A DNA stretch of 64,000 nt from Cyanophora paradoxa CCMP329 (Eukaryota; Plantae; Glaucophyta), in the NCBI GenBank assembly GCA_004431415.1, contig QPMI01000097.1:127409-191408 (forward strand), given 5' to 3'. Under the pieces are notes generated by a model. It searched no databases. It worked only from the letters and a program-made list of their open reading frames with translations, and was not told the origin of the DNA. The position numbers and the translations under genes are program-made. This document shows positions 21,072 through 31,810 of the stretch, in pieces (position 1 is the first letter of the stretch; each line of letters begins with the position of its first letter).

Positions 21072-24000
21072 CTAGGATGAGGGGTCGAAGGGGCCTTGCT
21101 GCTGGTACGAGCCCTGGGCTTGGTACCTGCGGGGGCGTGAGGGGCGCCGGGGCCCGTGGGGAGAGGGATGCGCGGACCTGGCCATGCCGGCGGCGACGCC
21201 GCCGTAGCCGGCCTGCATGCCGTAGCCGGCCCCCGTCCCCGCCGAGACGGGCAGCGAGAGGCGGCTACCGTAACCCGGGTGCTGCCCGAGCGCCGCCTGC
21301 TGCGCGTGGCCCAGCGCGCTCCCCGCGGCCTGCTGCGGCGCGGCGGCGGCGGCGGCGGAGGCGGCGGGGGCCTGGGCCGGCTGCTGGGCGCGGGCGGCCT
21401 GGGCCTGGGCGGCGGCCTGCTGCTGGGCGAGGAGGGCGGCCTTCTGGCGGGCGAACTGGGCGCGCTCCTGGAAGAGCTGCTGGCGGAGGGCCTCGACCTG
21501 GCAGCGCTCCTGGTGCAGCGCCTCCTCCATCTCCTCGAAGTAGCGCAGCTTGAGCTCCACCTTCCGCAGCTGCGCCTCCACCGCGAACGCCACCAGCCGC
21601 TGCACCTCCCGCTCCTCCCGCTCCGCCACCAGCTGCGCCCCGCCCCGCCCCCCGGCCCCGCCCAGCAGGCCGCCCCCGCCCCGGCCCCGCACCTTCGCCT
21701 TGACGGCCGCCGCCGCGAGGGTCGTCGCCGCGAGCGTCTCGGCGGACATGGCGCGCCCGGCGCCCCGCGCCTCGCCGACCTTGGCCTCGCCGCCCGCCTC
21801 GCCCTTGACCTCCGCCTCCTTCCCCTCGCCCTTCTTCTCCTCGCCGTCGATCACCATCGGGTCGGACGCCGTCCCCTCCGCCGGGGCCTTCCCCTCCTCG
21901 CCCTCGGCCTTGCGGCGCACGACCTCCGCCTCCGCCTGCGCCTCCGCCTCGCCCATCTCCCGCAGGATCGCCCCTGCCGTGCGTCAGCGGCGCGCGGCGC
22001 GGGGGCGCGGGGCTGGCACCAAGGGCGGCCTGGGCGGCGGCGGCGGCGATGTTGGGCCCCACGGCGCTCGCGAGAAAGGCGAGCTGCGCCAGGATCGGGT
22101 TCCCCGTGTCCGTGAAGGGCAGCGGCCCGCCCGGCACGAGCGCCGAGGGCGCCGCCTCGTAGTCTGCCCGCTCCTCGAACTCGCCCCGGCGGAGGCGCCC
22201 CATGGCGGCGGCGCGCCCGTGCTGCTCCTCCAGGAACGGCTCCTCGATCGGCAGCCGCACGAACCGCAGGACGCACTGCGCCCCGCCCGCCCCGCTCGCC
22301 CTGTGCGGCGGGAGGGCGGGCGGGGGGGCGGGGCGGCGCGCCTGCTCGGGGGTCTTGGAGCCGACCTTGGCGGCGACCTCCTCCCAGCGCTCCCCGTGCG
22401 TCTCGAGCGCCTCCAGCAGCGCCAGCGTCTCCTCCTCCGTCCACTCCCCCTCCTCCCCGGCCGCCTCGCCCGCCTTGCCGCCGCCGCCCGGCGGGGGCGC
22501 CGGCGCGGCCGAGGCCCCCGCCGGCGAGGGCGCCGGCTTGGGGGGCACGACGGAGGTGAGGGTGTGGAAGCGCTCCTGCGCGTAGCGCGCCGCGAGCTGC
22601 TGGGCCTCCGCGAGCCGCATCTCCTGCATCTGCCGCAGCTTCACCCGCTCCTCGCCCTGCTTCACCTGCGCGCGCCGCTCGGCGCTGCGGCGGCCGGGGT
22701 CGGCTGGGCCGGGGCCGCACCGCGCTCTTCTGGAGCTCGCCGGACTGGAGGTTGGAGAGCTTGATGATCTCCTGCTGGTACTCCGCCATCTTCGCCTCCA
22801 CCTCCTTCTGCTGCTTCTCCTCCTCCTGCTGCTTCTCCGTCTGCAGCTGCGCGCCCAGTCACGCGCGGCGCAGCGGCGGCCGGTGGCGGTGCGGCGCGCC
22901 TTCTGGCGGAGGGCCTTGATCTGCGGCTCGTAGTGGGCGTTGACCTGCTGGGCGATCTGGGCGGCCTGCTCGGGGGGAACCCCCGCCTGCCGCGCCCGCA
23001 GGTCTGCCTCCCGCGTCTCCTGCAGCTGCTTGAGCTCCGCCTCCGCCTTCTGCGTCCGCTCCTGGTTCGCCGCCTCCTGCTTCTGCCGCAGCTCCGAGAG
23101 TTGCTTGTCCTTGATCGCCTGGAACTTCGCCAGCTGCTCCTGCGGGGGGCTCGGCGCATGCCGGGCGGGGCGAGGCGCGGGGTGGGGCGGGGGCACCGAC
23201 TGGTGGCGCTTCTCCTTGGCGGTCTCCTGGGCCTGCTGCTGGAGGAGGCGCTGCGTCTCGGCGGCGAAGTCCGCCTTGAGCTGCTCGATCATCTGGTGCG
23301 CCTTGCCCTGCATCTCGTGCACCCGCGCGATCGACCCGTGCACGTCCAGGTTCAGGCTCACGCTCCGGAACGCCTCGTGCCGCGCCGCCAGCTGCCCCTG
23401 CAGCGTGCTCGCCGCCGTCCGGTCGCCGCGGGACGCGAAGAAGGCCTGGGCCGGCTCGAGCGCGCCGAGGGCCGGCGGGCGGGTCGCGCGCTCGAGCTCG
23501 CGGATGCGGCGCTGCTGAGCGGCGAGCATCTGCTGCTGGGCGACGACCTGCTGCTGCAGCACGAACACGTCCCGCGCCCCCTCCGGCGCCGGGCCCCGCG
23601 TCCCCACCAGGCCGACGCCGCCGCTCGCCGCGGCCCCCAGCGGGCCCAGCAGGGCCCCCGCCGAGGCGGCCCCGCCGGCGCCGACGAGGAAGGTGTCGGG
23701 GGTGTCCTTGAGGACGGGCTCCGGGGCCGGCATGTTCAGGGGCGCGAGGCAGCCGGCCGGCCGCTTCTCGGGCGCCACCATGTAGTTCAGCAGGCCCCAC
23801 TGCTCCAGGAACGAGTGCACCCTGCGCGTCCCGCTCGCGGGGGGGCGCGGGGGGCGGGTGGGGGCAAGCGGGGGCGCGGCACCGGAGGATGGCGTTGACG
23901 TCGCCGACGAGGTGCTTGCGGCACCAGGTGGCGGAGAGGTACTCGTGCGGCGCCCGCCGGTACTGCTGCACCATGAAGTCCCGGTACTCCTTGTAGCTGC

Positions 24001-26489
24001 GCCCCGCTCGCTCACCGGCTGCGGGACGGGGCGGGCGGGACGGGGAGGGGCGGGGCGCACATCGAGGGGGTCTTCGAGGGGTTCTCCCCGTTGAAGAACT
24101 CCTCGAGGTACCGCTGCTCGATGTCGTGGATCCTCGTCAGCGAGAACCTGTCCCCGCGCCCGCCCCCGTCAGCTTGAAACGGCCCCCGGGCGTGCGCAGC
24201 ACCAAGGGCACCAGGCGGAGTAGCTGGGGACGACGATCGGGGGCGGAGCGCGGGGGTCCGGCGGTGGGCTGGCGCTGGCCTCCTTGCCGTCGGCGGGGAT
24301 GGGGGTGGAGCGGTCGAGGCTGCGCGCGCGTGAGGCGGTGCGGGGCGCGGGGCGGGGGCGGGGCGCACGCGGCGAGATCGGCCTCCGAGGTGCGGGCCTG
24401 GAGGGATACGGGGAGCTCGGGCCGCGGCGGCCGCGGCACGCCGGCCTCGGAGACGTTGACCGTCCGCTCCCCCTCCTTCTTCCGCACCGGCTTGTTCGGC
24501 AGCCTGTCGCGCCCCCGTCGGCGGGGCGGGGCGGGGCGGGCGGTGCGCGGGGCGGGGCGGCGGTCACTTCTTGACGACGAGGGCGCCCTTGCGGGGCCGC
24601 TCCGCGTCGTCCACGTCCTCGTCGTTCGGGCCGAACTCGCGCGGCTCCGCCTTCACAACGCTCGAGCCGGCGCCCTCCTCCTCGTCCTCCTCCTCATCCT
24701 CCGCGTCCCGCCCCTTCTTCGAGGGCCGCTTCGAGGACGAGGGCCGCCCCGCCTCGTCCTCGTCCTCCTCCTCCTCCTCACCCCGCTCCTGCGAGCGGTC
24801 AGCCGCCGCGGGGCTTCCGCCGGAGAGAGCCCGCGCACCGCCCCCGAGGGCTTCTTGATGGCGAGGCGGATCTTCTTCGCGCCGCCCTCCTCCTCGCCCG
24901 GCGCCTGCGGTGGGCGCGCGGCGTGAGGGGCGGGCGCGGGGCCGGGCGGCCCCGCGCACTTCGCTCTCGCGGGACTTGATCTTGATCTTCAGGCCCTGGG
25001 CGCCGCTCGAGGAGGCCCCCGTCCCAGACGACTCCCGCTCTTTCCGCTTCTTCCTCGCCCGCTCCGCTGCGGCGCGTCAGAGCCGCCGCGCGTCCCGTCG
25101 CTGCCCGAGCGGGGCCCACCGTCGGCAGATGCTGCGTCGCCGTCGTCGCCGGCAGCCGAGTCGGCCTCCTGCGAACGGGGTCGGGGGCAGCGCCATTCCG
25201 AGGGGCCGGCGGGCTCGGTGGGGCCGGACCTCGCCTTCCTTGCGGGGGCGGGGCTCGTCGCCCTTCTTGCGCTTCTTCTTGGGCCGGTCGGCGCGGTCCT
25301 GCTCGCCGTCCTCGTCGGGCTCGTAGTCCCCCTCGTTCATCCACTCGTTGAACTTCTCGAGGTCCCGCACCCACCGCGCGTACTGCCCCGGCGTCACGCC
25401 CGAGCCACGCCCCCGCACGAGAGCGCCCCCGCGCACCACGTGCCACTTCTCCTTGTTCTCCTCTGCCTCGTCGTCGCCCTGCGAGAGGGAGGGCGTCGGT
25501 TGCGCGGCGGGGACCGGCGCCGCTCGCCGCCGGCCGCACCTGGACCTCCTCCGCTGGGATCCACTCGTCATACGAGTCGGGATAGTACCACCAGTGGACG
25601 AAGACGACACTGCGCGAGGGCTCCCGCTCGACGGCCCGGCAGTAGTCCGCCTCCGGCGCGTCGTTCGGCTTGTCCCGGACCACGACGTGCGTGGCGCCCG
25701 CAACGTTCGTGACGTAGCTAGCGCCGTGCTCCTTCAGGATCCTCTTCATGTCTTCCACGTCCCGCGAGGGTATGTCCGGCGAGAAGTAGACGACGGGTCG
25801 CACCCAGCGGGTGGCCTTCGGCTGTGCGGGCGCGGTCGCGTCAAAAGAAAGAGAAACTAAGCGTGCGCCCACGCGCGGCGGTGAAGAGCGGGCGGACCAG
25901 CTGCTTGTCGACAAACTTGATGATGTCAAGATAGCGGTCCCGCTTCTGCGGGTTCTTCCAGTCGAAGGACCGCCACTGTTCGCGCAGCTTCCAGTCCATG
26001 AAGGTCTCTATGATCCACGCGAGGGAGCCGTCCGGCGCGTAGTCGCGGAGAAGCTTGGCGGGAAGGCGAGTGACCGGGCGCGGCTTCGGGCTCTGCACGC
26101 GACACGCGGAGGTCCCATGAGCGGCTCAGCGGCGTGTTCTAGCTAGAGAGAAAGCAAGCGGGGCGCACATCGCGGCCGAGGTTGTCCTCCATGAACTGGA
26201 TCAGATTGGCAGTAAAGAGCGCGAGCGTCTTGGGCGACAGCGAGCCATCCTTAGCAATCGACTGCAGATTCTGCTTCTTCTGCGCATGGAGAGGCGAAGC
26301 GCTGTGAGGACCGGGCGGGGCAGGAGGGCAGCGGGTGGTGGCGCGGCGAGTTCAAAAGCTCCAGCTAGATACTGCGTCCCACCGCACCTGCAACGCGTTC
26401 GAGATGCCTGCGAACTTCTGCACTGTGGCAGGTTCCTCGAACTCTTTGACGGTCGCGCCGCCGCCGCGCTTCGTCCGCCGTACGGACAT
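21072..26489 (-). CDS. SMARCC: SWI/SNF core subunit SMARCC/SWI3 (N-terminal MarR-like/BRCT/chromo module, SWIRM, SANT, C-terminal coiled coil)
   Basis: HWWYYPDSYDEWI, FNEWMNEGDYE; SWIRM VPSYSAW|FSLTRIHDIE...VHSFLEQWGLLNY; SANT WTEEETLALLEALE...CVLRFVRLPIEEPFL; LPFTDTGNPILAQLAFLAS; KVELKLRYFEEME. Confidence 0.96.
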
Positions 26490-26670
26490 CGCTGAATTGG
26501 CCAGCGATGTCGGCCTGCGGCAGCTGCGCTTGGCTGCGTTCGCCTTCTCTGCCCACCGCCCTCTTTAAAGGGGTAGAGTTTCAAGTGGGGGATACAGGCT
26601 GTCGTTAGCGCAGCCGCCTCAATTCGCCAGGAAGCTCAGCCACTGCTGAGTTGGCGGCGTCGACCGCACG

Positions 26671-27007
26671 ATGGCGTCGCTTCTGGAGCATCAGGAGGGC
26701 CTCCGGCGCCGGCTCGAACAGGCCGAAACTGGATACCTGGAGCAGCGCATCGGCGAGTCATTGGAGCGCGAATATGCCGCTCGTCTCGACGCTGAGCTGG
26801 TGAGTTCCGTCGCGGCGAATGATGCTCGGACTTTCAAACTTCGCGCCATGGCCATCCCCTACGACTGCGCGCTGTTCTTTGCGTCACCTGATATCGCGTT
26901 TCCTTGCAGTCGAGGCGGGATCAGGAAATCAGCTACCTGAAGGGCCGTCTCCGTTCGCTCGAGCTGGAGTCTGCCCAGCCCGCGAAGGTCCGGCGGCCCC
27001 ACGTTGA
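26671..27007 (+). CDS. Small hypothetical helical protein, two exons
   Basis: MASLLEHQEGLRRRLEQAE...LRAMAIPYD, putative GC-AG intron (~26867-26909), FEAGSGNQ...AAPR*. Confidence 0.4.
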
Positions 27008-27094
27008 AGAACAAAGAGTCCCCGCCCATCCAGCGTTTTAGCCGCCTCTGTCCACGCTCCAAGCGCGGCCGGCTTTCTCCCCTCGTGCTGCTCG

Positions 27095-30000
27095 ATGCAA
27101 CGGGCGCTGCTCAACGAGGCTGGGGTGTAGCGCGCCGCCGAGCGCTTCGTGTGACACACACGCCGACCGCTAATGATATCCTCGATTCCCGCAGTATGCG
27201 TCGGACGCCGCTGGGCCGTCCTCCCGCACCGTCGTGTCGAGCCTTGCCGACACCGTCCGCTCGCTGAGCTTCGGTGCGCCGCGCTTGCTTCTGGATCCCT
27301 CCTGCTCACTGCATTTGCATCTAACTGCTCATACTTTCGCAGGCAAATACATTCGTGTCATTGCGGTCGTCCAGCTGCTCATCTGCTTCCTCACGGCGCT
27401 GGCCCGGGCAGACATCTACGCTGCCGTCGTTTTGATAGCTATCTACGCTTGCCATGAGAAGGATAAGGCGGCAATGGGAACGGTTTGTGTTCCCCTGCGT
27501 CTTTTCTGTTTCTTCTTTTCCTTGTCTGGCGATTTCTTTGCGCTTCTTCTAACAAGAGGGGTTCGTTTTCGCAGTACATCATTCTCACTCTATTCTCTAT
27601 CGTGGCGGACGTGATCTGGCTCGGTGTCCACGCGGACACGCGCCAGTTCGCCGTGACCGTCGCGTTCAAAGGCACGATGGCCTTCGTCTTCGCCATGTCC
27701 ATCCTCGGCATGCTCTTCAAGGCTCGCGCTATCTCTTCTTTTCCGATTTCGTCCCGCGTCGCGAAACTCTCTCTGGTAGGTCCTCATCCTGTGGCCGGCG
27801 TACGAGCACTACAAGAGCCTGCCCGTCGAGAAGCCCTCCGAGGCTGGTGAGACCTGGCTGCGCTCTTGCCTCCCGAGCTGCCCGTGTCTGACGCCACTGC
27901 TGTTGCACGGCAGGCTTCTCCGGCGCGCAGCAGGGGAAGAGCGCCTTCGACCGCTTCGTGTTCGGCGCGCTCCTCGTCCAATTCGTGCGCACGGCGCCGA
28001 GGGCGCTGGTCACCCGCTCGCCCGTGACGCGGAGCAGGCGGCGGTGTTCCTTATCGCGACGGAGCGCGCGGACATCTACGCGCTCGTCCTCCTCATTGCC
28101 ATGTACTCGATCAACGAGAAGGACAAGTCGGCCATGCGCGGCGTGCGCCTGTGGCCCTCCCGCCCCTCCTGCCGCCGCCGGCTCACCGCCGGGGCCAGTT
28201 CTTCCTCTTCGCGGTGCTGAGCCTGATCCTGGACGTGGTGTGGCTGGCGCTGCACCGGCTGGACCTGGACAACCTGCAGAGCATGGCGAAGAACGCGTCG
28301 GCCACCGACTTTGTCTTCGGCATGACCATCGTCAACATGCTCTTCAAGGTCCCCGCCCCGCCCCGGCGAGCCCCCGCCCCGCCCGCCCCGCCCCTCACCC
28401 CCTCGGCAGCTCGCCTTCGCCGTCATCGCCGTCCGCATCTTCACCGAGCTGCCCCAGACCAAGCCCTCCGACAAGCGCGCCGCCCTCGGTCCGCCCCGCC
28501 CCCGCCCCCGCCCCCCGCCCCGCCTCTCGCCCCCGCCTTCCGCCGACGGCCGGGCGCGCAGCTAGCCAGATGGGCCAGGGTGCCGGCTACGGCTCGCGCG
28601 ACATGCACGCGGCCTTCGCGCGCTTCGACGCCATCGCCTCCAAGCTCCCCAACGAGAAGGCCCTGTCCGCCCCTCCTCGCCCCGCCCCGCCCCGCCCCGC
28701 CCCGCCGGGTGGCGCCTGACGGGAGCGGGGTGCAGGATCTTTTTCGCGGCGGTGCAGCTGGTGCTGTGCTGCTTCGAGTCGCTGGCGCGCTGGGACGTCT
28801 TCGCTGTCGTCGTCGGCGTCTCCCTCTACGCCATCCTCGAGCGCGACAAGATCGCCATCGACATCGTGCGCCCCGCCCGCCCGCCCGCCCCGGCGCATCG
28901 CGACGCCTGACGCTGCGGGCAGTACATGGGCCTGATGGCGGTCTCGCTGGTGGCGGACCTGATCTGGTTCGGGGTCTACTCGGACCAGGACAAGTTCCTG
29001 TGGCGCACGGGCACCGTGGGGACGCTCTCCTTCGTGATCGCGATGGCGGCCCTCTCCTTCGTCCTCAAGCTCGTCTCCCTCGTCCCCGCCCTCTACTTCC
29101 GCAAGAACCTCCCCGACAAGCCCTCCGAGGACGGTCCGCCTCGCCCCGCCCGCCCCCGCGCCCCGCCCCGCCACTTGGGCGTCGCGGAGCGGGCGGCGGG
29201 GCGCAGGGATGATGCCGGAGCTGGGGATCCACGAGCGGTTCCAGCGGGCGGCGCCGGTGGAGAAGCTCTCGTACGTCATGTACGGGTTCGCGGCCGTGCA
29301 CCTCGTGCTCTTCTTCGTCGTCGCCCTCGAGCGCCTCGACCCCTTCGGCGTCGTCATCCTCGCCCTCCTCTACGGCACCCACGAGTACGACCGCCGCGCC
29401 ATCCTCGGCGTGCGCGCCCCGCCCCTCCCCGCCCCGCCCCGCCCCGCCCCGCCGGGGCGAGGCCGACGCGGGGGCAGTACATGCTCTTCATGGACCTCTC
29501 GCTGGTGTTCGACTGCGTGTGGCTGGTGCAGCACAAGACGGACCTCAACCAGATGTACGCCGCGGCCACGAACCGCCAGATCGCCAACAACGTCGCCGAG
29601 TCCACCCAGATCGTCTACGCCGCCACCGTCATCCACATCCTCGTCCGCCCTCCCCGCCCCGCCCCGCCGGCCCCGCTCACGGCGGCCCCGCTCACGGCGG
29701 CGGCAGTTCAAGTTCGCGGCGCACATCCCCGCCTTCCTCTACCTCCGCGTCCTCCCCGAGACCAAGCCCAGCGAGGACCCCGGTCCGCGCCCCGCCGCCC
29801 CCCGCCCCCGCCCCCCGCCCCGCTCACCCCCGCCCCGCAGTCATGACCTCCGCCCCCGTCGTGATGGTTGACCCCAACCAGTCGGTCGGCTACTCCGCGC
29901 CCCTCGTGCGGCCCCCGCCCCCTGGCCCGCGGCCGCGCCCTGCTGACGGCCAGTAGCGGGCCCCGCTGAGCGGCACGCCGCCCTCGGCGCCGCTCGTCTC

Positions 30001-30565
30001 GCCGGTGAACGTGCCGACCTACCGGAGCGGCGGCTCGGCGTCGCCGGCGACGGTGCCGCTGGCGCAGCCGGGGTTCGGGATGGCGGGGGGCCAGTCGGGC
30101 CCGAACGTGCTGCCGTACGTGCCGGTGATGGACGACAAGATCGACGAGATGATGGCGCTCTTCATGAACGAGTTCGGGCGCCAGATCCCCGTCAAGCTCG
30201 TCCGCCAGGGGCCCGGCATCGTCCGCCCGCCCCGCCCCGCACCCCGCCCCCCGCCCGCCCCTCACGCCCCCTGCCGCAGTACCTCTTCGGCACCCGCCGC
30301 GTCATCTGCAAGGTCCGGCCCGCCCCGCCCCTCCGTGCCCGGCGCGCGCCCGAGCCGCGCGCAGATCCTGAACGACAAGCTGGTGGCGCGCGTGGGTGGC
30401 GGCTACATGCTCATGGACGAGTTCGTCGAGACCTACGGCGCCGTCGAGCTCGAGAAGGCCCGCGCCCCGTCTCCCCGCCCCTCGCCGGCCGCCCCTGACC
30501 CTCCCACGCAGGTCCGGCAGGAGGAGCGACTCGCGAACACCATCGCCTCCTCGGCACAGTACTAG
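27095..30565 (+). CDS. Polytopic membrane protein: four tandem AGTRAP-like modules plus a C-terminal GAS2/GAR domain
   Basis: Four repeats of the pattern RxD...Y...E.D..A..|(Y/F).....S...D.(I/V)W...K...LPxxKPS(E/D); C-terminus DDKIDEMM...VKLVRQGPGI|YLFGTRRVICK|ILNDKLVARVGGGYMLMDEFV matches the GAR consensus. Confidence 0.85.
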
Positions 30566-30723
30566 AACCGTATGCAGGCTTTTCTCCGTAGTTAGGGTTT
30601 CGTGTGCACTAGTAGGTTTCAAAACCAGATCATGGCATTTGCAATCGCCACACGCGGCTGCTAGCGCGGGGGCTGATCATCAATGGGGGCAGGGGGGGAG
30701 GAGACGGCGGGGGAGGCCGGAGG

Positions 30724-31692
30724 TCATATGTTATCGGCGAGCTTGGCGGCGAGGGAGCCGATCCAGGCGACGGTCTTGTCGCTGAAGGCGCGCTGCCGGT
30801 CCGACGCGACGATGAGGACGCCCCGGCCCGCGCCGACGGGGACGACCAGCGTGTCCTGCGTGTTGGGTGCCAGGAACGGCAGGTCCGCCGCCACAGCCCG
30901 CGCCGCCCCGGCGTCCTCCGCCGGCCGAAGGTACGCCGGGTTCGAGCCCGACGGCAGTGCCGCCCCGGAGAGCCGCGAGGGGGCAGGGGCGTCGCGCGCG
31001 GCGAGGCCGCGGCGGTGGAGAACGGTGCAGGCGCCGCCCTCCGAGAGGCGGCAGACGAGGACCGAGCGGGCGGCCGTCTGCGTGCAGAGCACGTACGAAG
31101 TCCAGGCGAGCTCCTCCTTCAAGCGCTCCGGAAGCTCCTCCGCGAACTCGAAGACTTCCGCGCCCTCGAGGCCGACCGAGGTGGACGGGCGCTCGACTTG
31201 CGTGCGTCGCATGAAGACGCCGACGGCGATGAGCAGCGTCGATGCAAGCACGCCGATCATCTCGGAGCGGAACTGGCTCGGGGTCGCACTCGCCGCCGAC
31301 GTAAGGACGGCGCGGTTGAAGGCCAGCAGCGCGAGGCTGAGGACGCCAACGCCGACGCGCAGCCGCACTCCGTTCACGCCAGGAATGAAGAACCCGCCGA
31401 TGCCCTCCTCGTCCTGGCTCATGCGGCCCCGCGCGCGGCGGCGCTCCTCCGCCGTCGACTGCTCGCAGCGGGCCGGGGAGAAGCCCCACCACGCCGGCGC
31501 TGGCTGCACCCTCAACGCGATGGGAGCCGCACTGAAGCGGGTCCGGCGCGCGTCCGCCTGCCCAAGGAAGCCGGAGCGCGTGACATGCGGGCGGGCCGGC
31601 GCCGAGTTGGATCGGCACAGAAAGCAGCTGGGTGCGCTTTCGAGCACTATCCGCTGCGCCGGCGCTGCGGGGATCGCCAACGAGAACGCCAT
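30724..31692 (-). CDS. CCB2: Cytochrome b6f haem ci assembly factor, CCB2/CCB4 family (closer to CCB2), plastid-targeted, intronless
   Basis: MAF transit peptide; LLAFNR, SQFRSEMIGVLAS, LKEELAWTSYVL, FLAPNTQ, RAFSDKTVAWIGSLAAKL. Confidence 0.85.
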   Translation of the reverse strand: MAFSLAIPAAPAQRIVLESAPSCFLCRSNSAPARPHVTRSGFLGQADARRTRFSAAPIALRVQPAPAWWGFSPARCEQSTAEERRRARGRMSQDEEGIGGFFIPGVNGVRLRVGVGVLSLALLAFNRAVLTSAASATPSQFRSEMIGVLASTLLIAVGVFMRRTQVERPSTSVGLEGAEVFEFAEELPERLKEELAWTSYVLCTQTAARSVLVCRLSEGGACTVLHRRGLAARDAPAPSRLSGAALPSGSNPAYLRPAEDAGAARAVAADLPFLAPNTQDTLVVPVGAGRGVLIVASDRQRAFSDKTVAWIGSLAAKLADNI

Positions 31693-31810
31693 CAGCTCGT
31701 GAAAAAAAGATGCCGGGGTAGCTAAGCGGAAGCGCGGTCAGCTTCATAGCGTGGTGCGAGACATGCGAGCGTCGCGATGCGACTGCTTTAACCGCGCGTG
31801 CGTGCAGGAG

